Part shown: positions 33,177-42,947 of the stretch, one piece after another
Layout: the number at the start of each line of letters is the position of its first letter
Position numbering within the stretch: position 1 is the first letter of the stretch
DNA from: a virus
Length of the DNA stretch: 64,000 nucleotides
Reading direction: 5' to 3' (one strand)
Virus genome (UHGV): UHGV-0086135
Position numbers and translations under genes: made by a program
The notes under the pieces: model-generated
The model's input: the letters and a program-made list of their open reading frames with translations, nothing else
Told to the model about the DNA's origin: nothing
Databases searched by the model: none

Positions 33177-33511
33177 TGAATTTAACTGATATAATTGATA
33201 CTTGTCTTGAAAATGATACTGGCGATCATAGAGCGCTTGATTCTGAAACAGCACAGTTCATTAGAATAACTTTAATGAACGATACTCTGGTGAACAGTAT
33301 TCATCCTTCTGTGTATGATGCTATTATTGTGACGAAGTATCCAGTTGAGCTTCACAAAAAGATGGTTGGCGCAATTTTTATTGATAAGAAAAACCGCTTT
33401 AAAGATGGGCAGAATATAATTAGTTCTGTTATTAAAAGTATAACTAAACTTCGTCACGAAATTTATCGTGTTGAAACTGCTAAATCTGCTTATCTGGTGA
33501 TTATGAAATGA
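33173..33511 (+). CDS. hypothetical protein (112 aa)
   Basis: ORF track; ATGA coupling. Confidence 0.45.
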   Translation: MMNLTDIIDTCLENDTGDHRALDSETAQFIRITLMNDTLVNSIHPSVYDAIIVTKYPVELHKKMVGAIFIDKKNRFKDGQNIISSVIKSITKLRHEIYRVETAKSAYLVIMK

Positions 33512-34089
33512 AAGCGAGTACAGTACTTCAAATTGCATATTTAGTATCACAAGAATCCAAATGTTGCTCCTGGAAGGTAGGAGCAGTAATTGAAAAGAAT
33601 GGACGTATTATTTCTACTGGATATAACGGCTCTCCGGCAGGTGGTGTGAACTGCTGTGATTATGCTGCTGAGCAAGGTTGGTTGCTGAATAAGCCTAAAC
33701 ATACTATCATTCAAGGTCATAAGCCTGAATGTGTATCGTTTGGTTCAACTGATCGTTTTGTCTTGGCGAAAGAACACCGTAGCGCTCACTCTGAATGGTC
33801 GTCTAAAAATGAAATTCATGCTGAACTAAATGCGATTTTGTTTGCTGCACGAAACGGTTCTTCAATTGAAGGTGCTACTATGTATGTAACACTTTCTCCT
33901 TGCCCAGATTGTGCAAAAGCAATAGCTCAATCTGGAATTAAAAAGCTGGTTTATTGCGAAACATACGATAAAAATAAACCTGGCTGGGATGATATTCTGC
34001 GAAATGCAGGTATTGAAGTGTTTAATGTTCCTAAGAAAAACTTGAATAAGTTAAACTGGGAAAATATCAACGAATTCTGTGGTGAATAA
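33508..34089 (+). CDS. cd: dCMP deaminase (193 aa)
   Basis: Sequence MKASTVLQIAYLVSQESKCCSWKVGAVIEKNGRIISTGYNG... matches recalled T4 Cd; zinc-binding HAE ... PCPDC motifs. Confidence 0.95.
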   Translation: MKASTVLQIAYLVSQESKCCSWKVGAVIEKNGRIISTGYNGSPAGGVNCCDYAAEQGWLLNKPKHTIIQGHKPECVSFGSTDRFVLAKEHRSAHSEWSSKNEIHAELNAILFAARNGSSIEGATMYVTLSPCPDCAKAIAQSGIKKLVYCETYDKNKPGWDDILRNAGIEVFNVPKKNLNKLNWENINEFCGE

Positions 34090-34325
34090 TGAAATTTCGT
34101 TTGGTACAGCTCACAGCAATTAGTTCTTATTCTAACGAGAACATTTCATTTGCTGTAGAGTATAAGAAATATTTTTTCTCTAAATGGAAACAGTATTATA
34201 AAACTGATTGGACTAGTATTGATAGACCGTATAGTTGGAAATCTGATTTAGAAAAATGCCAAAAATTGCTTTCCACTCTTAAAGAACGTGGAACAACTCA
34301 TATTAAAACTGTAATAGGTAAATAA
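34089..34325 (+). CDS. hypothetical protein (78 aa)
   Basis: ORF track; ATGA coupling with cd. Confidence 0.45.
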   Translation: MKFRLVQLTAISSYSNENISFAVEYKKYFFSKWKQYYKTDWTSIDRPYSWKSDLEKCQKLLSTLKERGTTHIKTVIGK

Positions 34326-34634
34326 ATGAAACTGACGACTGAACAAAAAGTAGCAATTCGCGAAATTTTGAAAACTAAATTGTCCATGGGTATTTCAAAT
34401 GTAGTTTTTGAAAAGTCTGATGGCACTATTCGTACTATGAAAGGTACTCGTGATGCTGACTTTATGCCAACCATGCAAACTGGTAAATTGACTGAATCTA
34501 CTCGGAAAGAATCTACTGATATGGTTCCAGTATTTGATGTTGAGCTTGGTGCATGGCGAGGTTTTTCTATTGACAAATTGATTTCCGTTAATGGTATGAA
34601 AGTTGAGCATTTGCTCCAATTTATTGGTAAATAA
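34326..34634 (+). CDS. hypothetical protein (102 aa)
   Basis: ORF track. Confidence 0.45.
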   Translation: MKLTTEQKVAIREILKTKLSMGISNVVFEKSDGTIRTMKGTRDADFMPTMQTGKLTESTRKESTDMVPVFDVELGAWRGFSIDKLISVNGMKVEHLLQFIGK

Positions 34635-34690
34635 ATGCTTTAAGAATTATTTGTTATTATTAATTCATCTGTTAACAAAAAGGAAAAACG

Positions 34691-35026
34691 ATGTCTGAAG
34701 TACAACAGCTACCAATTCGTGCTGTCGGTGAATATGTTATTTTAGTTTCTGAACCTGCACAAGCCGGTGATGAAGAAGTTACAGAATCAGGACTTATTAT
34801 CGGTAAACGCGTCCAAGGTGAAGTTCCTGAACTGTGTGTAATTCACTCTGTTGGTCCTGATGTTCCTGAAGGTTTCTGTGAAGTTGGTGATTTGACTTCT
34901 CTTCCAGTTGGTCAAATTCGAAACGTTCCGCATCCTTTTGTAGCTCTGGGTCTTAAGCAGCCAAAAGAAATTAAACAAAAATTTGTTACCTGTCACTATA
35001 AAGCTATTCCATGTCTTTATAAGTGA
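34691..35026 (+). CDS. 31: co-chaperonin gp31, GroES-like (111 aa)
   Basis: Sequence [50 protein letters not shown]... matches recalled T4 gp31. Confidence 0.95.
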   Translation: MSEVQQLPIRAVGEYVILVSEPAQAGDEEVTESGLIIGKRVQGEVPELCVIHSVGPDVPEGFCEVGDLTSLPVGQIRNVPHPFVALGLKQPKEIKQKFVTCHYKAIPCLYK

Positions 35027-35034
35027 TATAAATA
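35027..35034 (+). promoter_or_regulatory. late promoter TATAAATA downstream of gene 31, upstream of rIII
   Basis: Exact TATAAATA on + strand. Confidence 0.4.
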
Positions 35035-35173
35035 ATAATATGAATTGGGTGTCGGAATAATAAGTTAACCGAACAATTCTATGTGGTAGTCTACAACTGA
35101 GAGATCTGTCGAAAGAAGATGAAATTCAGAAGAACGTGACTACCGAGTTTTAATCTCTAACGAGAATTTTTAA

Positions 35174-35422
35174 ATGATTAAACAATTACAACACGCTCTT
35201 GAACTGCAACGAAACGCATGGAATAATGGTCACGAAAACTATGGCGCATCTATTGATGTTGAAGCCGAAGCTCTTGAAATCCTGCGTTATTTCAAACATC
35301 TGAATCCTGCTCAAACTGCACTAGCTGCTGAGCTTCAGGAAAAAGATGAACTTAAATATGCTAAGCCTCTGGCTTCTGCCGCACGAAAAGCAGTTCGTCA
35401 CTTTGTGGTAACACTGAAGTAA
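35174..35422 (+). CDS. rIII: lysis inhibition accessory protein RIII (82 aa)
   Basis: ORF track; size and position after gene 31 as in T4; sequence resembles recalled T4 RIII. Confidence 0.85.
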   Translation: MIKQLQHALELQRNAWNNGHENYGASIDVEAEALEILRYFKHLNPAQTALAAELQEKDELKYAKPLASAARKAVRHFVVTLK

Positions 35423-35818
35423 TTTATTGGAGATTCACTGCCTTAGTGTGAGCTAAAATCGAGGAGCCGTCGAACTGTCTGATTAATGATTTGCGAATCA
35501 TTATAGTTTTAAGACCCCGGCAGTTTTACGGTGTACCTCTTGAATGTTATTCTTATAGCGGCAAGTGCATGCTACCCCGAGGTGATGGCCAATCGGGAGT
35601 ACGCCTCAAGGCCTATATATCCATCAGTATATATCTTATCCTCGAGAAATCGAACCCGGAACCTTTAAGCTAACGGTGTGCAACAGATAAGAGTTATAAG
35701 TATGATGACGGGTTTATGGTTATCCTGTCGGTAAATACTCAAAACCTAAGTACCCCCTTGAGGGCTTTCGCAGGCAATGCCAATAAGTCCTGCATTTTCA
35801 TTTAAAAGAGAATTTATA

Positions 35819-35995
35819 ATGGCAAAACAAGCTAAAGCAAAGAAAGCAGTTGAAAAGAAAGTTGGTGATTCTAAACGCGCTGGTTACAAGCGTGGGTCGA
35901 ACTCTCGTATCAATCAAACTGTTGAGAAGATCATGCGCCGAGCACGTGCGGTTCTTCGAGATGATGCTTCTCGTTTTGGTAAGCAGAAAGCATAA
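35819..35995 (+). CDS. small basic Lys/Arg-rich protein (58 aa), hypothetical
   Basis: Inner ATG after AAGAG within track ORF 35777-35995; terminator follows. Confidence 0.45.
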   Translation: MAKQAKAKKAVEKKVGDSKRAGYKRGSNSRINQTVEKIMRRARAVLRDDASRFGKQKA

Positions 35996-35998
35996 GTT

Positions 35999-36029
35999 GA
36001 GGACTCCTTCGGGAGTCCTTTTTTATTTT
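35999..36029 (+). terminator. rho-independent terminator
   Basis: Hairpin GGACTCC-TTCG-GGAGTCC followed by TTTTTTATTTT. Confidence 0.7.
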
Positions 36030-36048
36030 CCAAAGACTGCACAAAGTT

Positions 36049-36078
36049 GTTTACAGTATGGTTCCTTTGTGATAGTAT
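36049..36078 (+). promoter_or_regulatory. T4-type early promoter
   Basis: GTTTAC, 18-bp spacer, TAGTAT; GGAG Shine-Dalgarno downstream. Confidence 0.5.
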
Positions 36079-36105
36079 TATCTTACACAAACAAAGGAGA
36101 ATAAA

Positions 36106-36438
36106 ATGAAAACGATTAATCTGAACGCTGCAGTTAAAACTAAATGCTTCAATGGTAAATATGATGAAACTATGTGGTTCTTAATGGCAGTTGAAGGTGA
36201 TATTATTGAAGTAGAAACAACAGAAGGTATGGGAACAGATTTCACCTTTACAATTCAAGTTCATAATTTCTTTACTGGTTGGATTTATGAATTGAATACA
36301 GTAATCGTTGGAAAAATTGAACAAAATGAATTGGGTGAATGGTATTATGTTACAGCTCGCCAACGTGCCGAACGCTTAATTGAGAAGATGAAAAAAGTTG
36401 GTAAACTTGACATGCAGCACTGGAAAGTAGTAAAATAA
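36106..36438 (+). CDS. hypothetical early protein (110 aa)
   Basis: ORF track; GGAG Shine-Dalgarno; own early promoter. Confidence 0.5.
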   Translation: MKTINLNAAVKTKCFNGKYDETMWFLMAVEGDIIEVETTEGMGTDFTFTIQVHNFFTGWIYELNTVIVGKIEQNELGEWYYVTARQRAERLIEKMKKVGKLDMQHWKVVK

Positions 36439-36440
36439 TT

Positions 36441-36469
36441 GTTTACTTTGGTACAGGATATGATATTAT
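36441..36469 (+). promoter_or_regulatory. T4-type early promoter
   Basis: GTTTAC, 17-bp spacer, TATTAT; flanked by inverted repeat GGTACAGG/CCTGTACC. Confidence 0.55.
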
Positions 36470-36505
36470 ATACCTGTACCGCAATTAAACATCTTGGAGA
36501 ATAAA

Positions 36506-36871
36506 ATGAACTACATCAACTTTGAACGTAAATATGTTTCTAACGGTATTGCAGGTTCTATTGATACTATCTGTCTTTGGAAACATCAAAATGGATCAGT
36601 ATGCGAAATTGAACAGTATATGACTCCTAACTACGTTTATATGCGATTTGAAAATGGCATCACGGTTTCAATCACAATGGAAGGTTCCAACTTCAAAATC
36701 GCTTTGGATGATGATTTTCGTCAACGCGATTTAGGGACTCATCCTTGCTGGAATGGTGTTAATCGCAAGCTTCTGGTTAAAACTTGGATTCGTCATATTC
36801 TGAGTAACAGAGCTAAACCTGAGCATCTTGAAGCAATCTTTGATGTAGTTATTAACGAATTTGATATTTAA
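36506..36871 (+). CDS. hypothetical early protein (121 aa)
   Basis: Inner ATG after GGAG (track start TTG at 36494); own early promoter. Confidence 0.5.
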   Translation: MNYINFERKYVSNGIAGSIDTICLWKHQNGSVCEIEQYMTPNYVYMRFENGITVSITMEGSNFKIALDDDFRQRDLGTHPCWNGVNRKLLVKTWIRHILSNRAKPEHLEAIFDVVINEFDI

Positions 36872-36912
36872 AATAAAATGAGGGGCTTCGGCCCCTTACT
36901 GAGGAAAATACT

Positions 36913-37200
36913 ATGTTTATGACTACTTATTTTGATACTCGCAAAAATTTCTGTGAAGTGGTTTTCTCTAAGGCGCCTAAAGACCTTCCTGCTCATTTGC
37001 AACCTACCAGTGAATCGATTAAAAACTATGTTAATGTAGTATGTCCTTTAGAGTTCCGTACTGTAAATGGGCGCGATACTTTAGCTATCACTAAACTCAA
37101 TCGTGAAATTGACATTGACCCTTCAATTGCGCGTGAAATTAATATTTCTGATATTGGCGGCGGTAATGTTAAATCGCACGGTTTTCAGATGAGGTTCTAA
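36913..37200 (+). CDS. hypothetical protein (95 aa)
   Basis: ORF track; ATG after GAGG. Confidence 0.45.
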   Translation: MFMTTYFDTRKNFCEVVFSKAPKDLPAHLQPTSESIKNYVNVVCPLEFRTVNGRDTLAITKLNREIDIDPSIAREINISDIGGGNVKSHGFQMRF

Positions 37201-37397
37201 TGAAATTCTTTTTAGGTCAAACTGTTGAATTAAAGGGAGTTGGTATACCTGGATTAATTTCTAAGGTTCTACCTCCATTTAAATGGAGTGGTATTCAAAT
37301 AAAAGAAGCTTATATTGTTTCCTGGGTAGATGGAAATGAAGACCTTCGTATGGGTGATGAATTATCTCCTATTTACGGATTAAAGGAATTAGTATGA
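37200..37397 (+). CDS. hypothetical protein (65 aa)
   Basis: ORF track. Confidence 0.4.
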   Translation: MKFFLGQTVELKGVGIPGLISKVLPPFKWSGIQIKEAYIVSWVDGNEDLRMGDELSPIYGLKELV

Positions 37398-37600
37398 ATA
37401 TAATTAATAAGATTTTTGGAATTCAATACATTAAAGTCACATATAAAGTAGCGTATAAAGGTCCGTATACCGATGAATATGAAGAGCCACAAGTTCAGTC
37501 TATTATATTAGAAAAGGACCCTAACTGGCCAGTTGAATTTCGTCTTCCTTGCTATGGTCATTGGGCTGATGTTGAAATTATAAGTATTGAAAATGTCTGA
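37394..37600 (+). CDS. hypothetical protein (68 aa)
   Basis: ORF track. Confidence 0.4.
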   Translation: MNIINKIFGIQYIKVTYKVAYKGPYTDEYEEPQVQSIILEKDPNWPVEFRLPCYGHWADVEIISIENV

Positions 37601-38051
37601 GCTAGAGATAAGAAGCAATTTTAAATGGCCATCATGTGCATTAAGTAATTTCGCCCAATGGCCTTTCGTTATGGATGGTATTCAATTTGGAGGTCTAGAA
37701 GGATTCCTCCAAGGGTGTAAGGTGAAAAATGTTGAACAACAACGTCGTATATTTGGGTTATCCGGGCTTGCCGCCCAACAAGCCGGAAGGTCTTATGCTA
37801 GAGCTCAGGACCGTGGGACCCTCTTCTGGCTTGGAGTTCCGTTTTCAAGATATTCACCAGCGTGGAAAGAATTATACACAAATGCATATTTTGAAGCAGC
37901 GATCCAAAACAGAGGCTTTCGTGATGCATTACAAGCCTCAAAAGGAAAAGTTTTGAAGCACAGCATGGCTAGTGGTCTAACAAAAGATGATACAATACTA
38001 ACCGAAGCTGAATTTATTGATGTGTTAAACCTATTAAGAGACTCTCTATGA
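37593..38051 (+). CDS. NADAR/YbiA-like (DUF1768-type) protein (152 aa), putative ADP-ribose-processing enzyme
   Basis: Inner ATG (track start TTG at 37587); core LSNFAQWPFVMDGIQFGGLEGFLQGCK resembles the recalled NADAR signature SNFA.WP...DG...E..FQ..K; locally GC-richer. Confidence 0.45.
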   Translation: MSELEIRSNFKWPSCALSNFAQWPFVMDGIQFGGLEGFLQGCKVKNVEQQRRIFGLSGLAAQQAGRSYARAQDRGTLFWLGVPFSRYSPAWKELYTNAYFEAAIQNRGFRDALQASKGKVLKHSMASGLTKDDTILTEAEFIDVLNLLRDSL

Positions 38052-38887
38052 AGCCTACTATTTTAACTGATATTGATGGAGTATGTTTAAGCTGGCAATC
38101 AGGACTTCCTTATTTTGCTCAGAAATATAATCTTCCGTTAGAACATATTTTAAAAATGATCCAAGATGAGAAATTTATTTCTCCAGGTAAACTCTTTAAT
38201 TGTGATGAAGAACTTGGTGTCAAGCTAATTGAAAAATACAATCGATCAGATTTTATTCGTTACTTGTCTCCATATAAAGATGCCCTGTGCGTAATTAACA
38301 AACTAAAAGAAGATTATAATTTTGTAGCTGTTACAGCATTGGGTGATTCTATTGACGCTCTGCTGAATCGTCAATTTAATTTGAATGCTCTTTTTCCTGG
38401 TGCCTTCTCAGAAGTAATGATGTGTGGTCATGATTCTTCAAAAGAAGAGTTGTTCAAAAAGGCAAAAGAGAAATATAACGTAATTTGTTATATTGACGAT
38501 CTTGCTCACCACTGCGACCACGCGAGTGAAATATTAAATGTTCCGGTTTATTGGATGGCTCGAGGAGAGCGTGACAATATTCCAAAAACTGCGCAGCGAG
38601 TTTATACATGGAATGATGTAGAAAATAAGCTTTTTTCGCCGAAGGAAAATAAAGAAAGTTTTGATAGTGAAAAAGCTATAAAAGATTTAATTGAGAAGAT
38701 GGTTAAAAACGATTCTTTTCCTTGGAACACTACCTGGAGAACGCCTGGATTTAATCCTTATAATCATCTATATCATCCATATCAGACACATCCGTTTCAG
38801 ACATGGAACTACATTAAACCTGGTGGCATAGAGTATTTGTATAATAGACCTACTAGCGGTGATAATATTTTCCAAGGAGCATTCTAA
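38048..38887 (+). CDS. HAD-superfamily hydrolase-like protein (279 aa), possible nucleotidase
   Basis: ORF track; N-terminal HAD motif I ILTDIDGV; position next to DNA ligase. Confidence 0.5.
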   Translation: MKPTILTDIDGVCLSWQSGLPYFAQKYNLPLEHILKMIQDEKFISPGKLFNCDEELGVKLIEKYNRSDFIRYLSPYKDALCVINKLKEDYNFVAVTALGDSIDALLNRQFNLNALFPGAFSEVMMCGHDSSKEELFKKAKEKYNVICYIDDLAHHCDHASEILNVPVYWMARGERDNIPKTAQRVYTWNDVENKLFSPKENKESFDSEKAIKDLIEKMVKNDSFPWNTTWRTPGFNPYNHLYHPYQTHPFQTWNYIKPGGIEYLYNRPTSGDNIFQGAF

Positions 38888-39156
38888 TGTTTGTTGTTCA
38901 CACTATTTATGAAAATGAAGGTAATACTACACGTGATTACGGTCACGTAAATCAATTTTTTAGATGCAATCCAGAATTCCGAGCTCAAAAAGACGAACGA
39001 ATTTTTAAAAAATGTGTAGAGCAAGGTTTCATTTACGTTAAGCACTGGATGCAAGGAAATAAAGTTAGAACTACATATCATAGGTCTTTGCCTGAGCTTA
39101 ATGATGAATTGATTTATAATAGAGCTGTAAACCAAACCTTGAAGGATGAGCAATGA
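38887..39156 (+). CDS. hypothetical protein (89 aa)
   Basis: ORF track. Confidence 0.45.
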   Translation: MFVVHTIYENEGNTTRDYGHVNQFFRCNPEFRAQKDERIFKKCVEQGFIYVKHWMQGNKVRTTYHRSLPELNDELIYNRAVNQTLKDEQ

Positions 39157-40613
39157 TTCTTAAAATTCTGAATGAAATAGCATCTATTGGATCAACTAAG
39201 CAGAAGCAAGCAATTCTTGAAAAGAATAAAGATAATGAATTGCTTAAACGAGTATATCGTCTGACTTATTCTCGTGGGCTACAGTATTATATCAAGAAAT
39301 GGCCTAAACCTGGTATTGCTACCCAGAGTTTTGGAATGCTGACTATTACCGATATGCTTGACTTCATTGAATTCACGTTAGCTACTCGGAAATTAACTGG
39401 CAATGCAGCAATTGAGGAATTAACTGGATATATCACTGATGGTAAAAAGGATGATGTTGAAGTTTTGCGTCGAGTTATGATGCGAGATCTTGAATGCGGT
39501 GCTTCAGTATCTATCGCAAATAAAGTTTGGCCAGGTTTAATTCCTGAACAACCTCAAATGTTGGCAAGTTCTTATGATGAAAAAGGCATTAGTAAGAATA
39601 TTAAATTTCCAGCTTTTGCACAGTTAAAAGCAGATGGAGCTCGGTGTTTTGCTGAAGTCCGAGGTGATGAATTAGATGATGTTCGTCTTTTATCACGAGC
39701 TGGTAATGAATATCTAGGATTAGATCTTCTTAAGGAAGAGTTAATCAAAATGACCGCTGAAGCTCGCCAGATTCATCCAGAAGGCGTGTTAATTGATGGC
39801 GAATTGGTATACCATGAGCAAGTTGAAAAAGAGCCAGAAGGCCTAGATTTTCTTTTTGATGCTCCTGAAAATAGTAAAGTTAAAGAGTTTGCCGAAGTAG
39901 CTGAATCGCGTACTGCTTCTAATGGAATCGCCAATAAATCTTTAAAGGGAACTATTTCAGAAAAAGAAGCTCAATGTATGAAGTTTCAGGTCTGGGATTA
40001 TGTCCCGTTAGTAGAAATATACGGTCTTCCAGCATTTCGTTTGAAGTATGATGTACGTTTTTCTAAACTAGAACAAATGGCATCAGGATATGATAAAGTA
40101 ATTTTAATTGAAAACCAGATAGTAAATAACCTAGATGAAGCTAAGGTAATTTATAAAAAGTATATTGACCAAGGTCTTGAAGGTATTATTCTCAAAAATA
40201 TCGATGGATTGTGGGAAAATGCTCGTTCAAAAAATCTCTATAAATTTAAAGAAGTAATTGATGTTGATTTAAAAATTGTAGGAATTTATCCTCACCGTAA
40301 AGACCCTACTAAAGCAGGTGGATTTATTCTTGAATCAGAGTGTGGAAAAATTAAAGTAAATGCTGGTTCAGGCTTAAAAGATAAAGCCGGTGTAAAATCG
40401 CATGAACTTGACCGTACTCGCATTATGGAAAACCAAAATTATTATATTGGAAAAATTCTAGAGTGCGAATGCAACGGTTGGTTAAAATCTGATGGCCGCA
40501 CTGATTACGTTAAATTATTTCTTCCGATTGCGATTCGTTTACGTGAAGATAAAACTAAAGCTAATACATTCGAAGATGTATTTGGTGATTTTCATGAGGT
40601 AACTGGTCTATGA
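39153..40613 (+). CDS. 30: ATP-dependent DNA ligase gp30 (486 aa)
   Basis: Sequence MILKILNEIASIGSTKQKQAILEKNKDNELLKRVYRLTYSRGLQYYIKKWPKPG... matches recalled T4 ligase; adenylation motif KADGAR. Confidence 0.97.
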   Translation: MILKILNEIASIGSTKQKQAILEKNKDNELLKRVYRLTYSRGLQYYIKKWPKPGIATQSFGMLTITDMLDFIEFTLATRKLTGNAAIEELTGYITDGKKDDVEVLRRVMMRDLECGASVSIANKVWPGLIPEQPQMLASSYDEKGISKNIKFPAFAQLKADGARCFAEVRGDELDDVRLLSRAGNEYLGLDLLKEELIKMTAEARQIHPEGVLIDGELVYHEQVEKEPEGLDFLFDAPENSKVKEFAEVAESRTASNGIANKSLKGTISEKEAQCMKFQVWDYVPLVEIYGLPAFRLKYDVRFSKLEQMASGYDKVILIENQIVNNLDEAKVIYKKYIDQGLEGIILKNIDGLWENARSKNLYKFKEVIDVDLKIVGIYPHRKDPTKAGGFILESECGKIKVNAGSGLKDKAGVKSHELDRTRIMENQNYYIGKILECECNGWLKSDGRTDYVKLFLPIAIRLREDKTKANTFEDVFGDFHEVTGL

Positions 40614-40798
40614 AAGCTTACTTAGAAACAATTGTCGTTGCTCAAAAAGAAGGTGGAGATGTTTCTACTTCTGTATCACAAATTATGATTGAATTTATAG
40701 ATGCATATGCTTATAATAAATTCACAGAAACATTTGATGCTTATGAAAAAGGTCCAAAGTTTGAAATATATCGTACTCTCTTACCAATAGATTATTAA
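40610..40798 (+). CDS. hypothetical protein (62 aa)
   Basis: ORF track; followed by hairpin terminator. Confidence 0.45.
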   Translation: MKAYLETIVVAQKEGGDVSTSVSQIMIEFIDAYAYNKFTETFDAYEKGPKFEIYRTLLPIDY

Positions 40799-40820
40799 AG
40801 GCCTTCGGGCCTTTAATTTT
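40799..40820 (+). terminator. hairpin terminator before alt
   Basis: AGGCC-TTCG-GGCCT followed by a T-rich tract. Confidence 0.5.
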
Positions 40821-40827
40821 ATAAATA
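40820..40827 (+). promoter_or_regulatory. late promoter TATAAATA upstream of alt
   Basis: Exact TATAAATA about 20 nt upstream of the alt Shine-Dalgarno. Confidence 0.6.
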
Positions 40828-40850
40828 GAATAAACACTAGAGAGGATATG

Positions 40851-42944
40851 ATGGAACTCATTACAGAATTATTTGACGAAGATACTACTCTTCCGATTAC
40901 AAACTTAAATCCAAAGAAGAAAATACCGCAAATTTTTTCAGTTCATGTTGATGGCGCAATTGAACAACCAGGCTTTCGTTTATGTACCTATACATCTGGA
41001 GGTGATACTAATCGCGATTTAAAGATGGGCGATAAAATGATGCATATTGTTCCTTTTACATTAACTGCTAAAGGTTCAATTGCTAAATTAAAAGGTCTCG
41101 GTCCAAGCCCAATTAATTATATCAATTCAGTTTTTACAGTTGCAATGCAAACGATGCGTCAGTATAAAATTGATGCCTGTATGCTCCGTATTCTTAAGTC
41201 TAAAACTGCTGGTCAAGCTCGACAAATTCAACTTATTGCTGATAGACTTATCCGCAGTCGTTCAGGTGGCAGATACGTCCTTCTTAAGGAACTCTGGGAT
41301 TACGATAAAAAGTACGCATATATTCTTATACATCGCAAAAATGTATCGCTAGAAGACATTCCAGGAGTTCCGGAAATTAGTACCGAGCTCTTTACTAAAG
41401 TTGAATCGAAAGTCGGTGATGTTTATATCAATAAAGATACTGGAGCTCAAGTAACTAAAAATGAGGCAATTGCAGCATCTATTGCACAAGAAAATGATAA
41501 ACGTTCTGACCAAGCTGTAATCGTTAAAGTTAAAATTTCCCGTAGAGCAATTGCACAAAGTCAGTCATTAGAATCTTCTAGATTTGAAAGTGAATTATTC
41601 CAGAAGTATGAATCTACCGCAGCTAATTTCAATAAACCTGCTACAGCTCCTTTAATTCCCGAAGCAGAAGAAATGAAGCTTGGAATTAATTCATTAGCTT
41701 CTAAAACTAAGGCAGCAAAAATTATTGCTGAAGGAACTGCAGATGAACTTCATTATGACTATAAATTCTTTTCAAAAAGTGAGGTTAATGAAGTTTCTGA
41801 AAAAATTAAAGATGTAATTCTTAATGCGATTAAAAATGAACCAACTACTTCAATAAAATGTTTAGAGAAATACGCAACAGTTGTTAATCAATTATTTGAA
41901 GAATATAAAGATAACTGGCTTGATAAACATAATAAAACTCGTAAAGGACAAACAGATGAAGTCTGGGAAGAAATAACTAAAAATTCCTGGAACGCAGCAA
42001 AAACTAAATTCCTCAAAAGAATGATTTATAGTTTTTCTGGAATTGGTGCAGGTCCAATGATTGATATTACTATTGCTCGTGATGGTTCTAAATATACTCC
42101 ATCACAAAAGCGCGGCATTAGAGAGTATTGTGGTTCAGGATATACTGACATCAATAATCTTCTTTTAGGTCGCTACAATCCAGAACGATATGAGGTAATG
42201 AGTGAAAAAGAAATTGAATCTGCGATAAATAATTTAGATTCAGCCTTTGAAAATGGTGACCGTATACCAGAAGGCATTACAGTTTATCGTGCTCAAAGCA
42301 TGACTGCTCCTATATACGAAGCACTAGTTAAAAATAAAGTGTTCTATTTCAGAAATTTTGTATCTACTTCTTTAACTCCTATCATTTTTGGACGTTTTGG
42401 AATTACGCATGCTGGTATTGGTCTTTTAGAACCAGAAGCTCGTAATGAATTAACAGTTGATAAAAATGAAGAAGGAATAACTATTAATCCAAATGAAATA
42501 AGAGCGTATAAAGAAAATCCTGAATACGTTAAAGTTCAAATAGGATGGGCAATTGATGGAGCTCATAAAGTTAATGTTGTATATCCAGGAAGTCTCGGAA
42601 TAGCAACAGAAGCTGAAGTTATTCTACCACGCGGATTGATGGTCAAAGTTAATAAAATAACTGATGCTTCTAATAATGACGGAACAACATCTAATAATAC
42701 AAAACTCATTCAAGCTGAAGTTATGACTACGGAAGAACTCACCGAATCGGTAATTTATGACGGTGACCGTCTAATGGAAACTGGTGAAGTAGTTGCAATG
42801 ACAGATGATATTGAAATAGAAGACAGAGTTGACTTTGCATCATTTGTTTCATCAAATGTTAAACAAAAAGTAGAATCATCTCTTGGAATTATTGCATCTT
42901 GCATAGATATTGCAAACATGCCTTACAAGTTCGTTCAAGGATAA
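40851..42944 (+). CDS. alt: ADP-ribosyltransferase Alt (697 aa)
   Basis: N-terminus MELITELFDEDTTLPITNL...GFRLCTYTSGGDTNRDLKMGDKMMHIVPF matches recalled T4 Alt; ART-like motifs (R in VYRAQ, FVSTSL, EAEVIL); late promoter upstream. Confidence 0.9.
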   Translation: MELITELFDEDTTLPITNLNPKKKIPQIFSVHVDGAIEQPGFRLCTYTSGGDTNRDLKMGDKMMHIVPFTLTAKGSIAKLKGLGPSPINYINSVFTVAMQTMRQYKIDACMLRILKSKTAGQARQIQLIADRLIRSRSGGRYVLLKELWDYDKKYAYILIHRKNVSLEDIPGVPEISTELFTKVESKVGDVYINKDTGAQVTKNEAIAASIAQENDKRSDQAVIVKVKISRRAIAQSQSLESSRFESELFQKYESTAANFNKPATAPLIPEAEEMKLGINSLASKTKAAKIIAEGTADELHYDYKFFSKSEVNEVSEKIKDVILNAIKNEPTTSIKCLEKYATVVNQLFEEYKDNWLDKHNKTRKGQTDEVWEEITKNSWNAAKTKFLKRMIYSFSGIGAGPMIDITIARDGSKYTPSQKRGIREYCGSGYTDINNLLLGRYNPERYEVMSEKEIESAINNLDSAFENGDRIPEGITVYRAQSMTAPIYEALVKNKVFYFRNFVSTSLTPIIFGRFGITHAGIGLLEPEARNELTVDKNEEGITINPNEIRAYKENPEYVKVQIGWAIDGAHKVNVVYPGSLGIATEAEVILPRGLMVKVNKITDASNNDGTTSNNTKLIQAEVMTTEELTESVIYDGDRLMETGEVVAMTDDIEIEDRVDFASFVSSNVKQKVESSLGIIASCIDIANMPYKFVQG

Positions 42945-42947
42945 ATC

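Noticed and set aside
35640-35665. tRNA-like T-loop motif (GGTTCGATT on the minus strand)
   Set aside because: Flanking sequence cannot form a T-stem, acceptor stem or anticodon arm, so this is not a tRNA.
35491-35673. 60-aa ORF in the non-coding island after rIII
   Set aside because: No ATG or Shine-Dalgarno and an implausible product; the region is reported as a non-coding finding instead.
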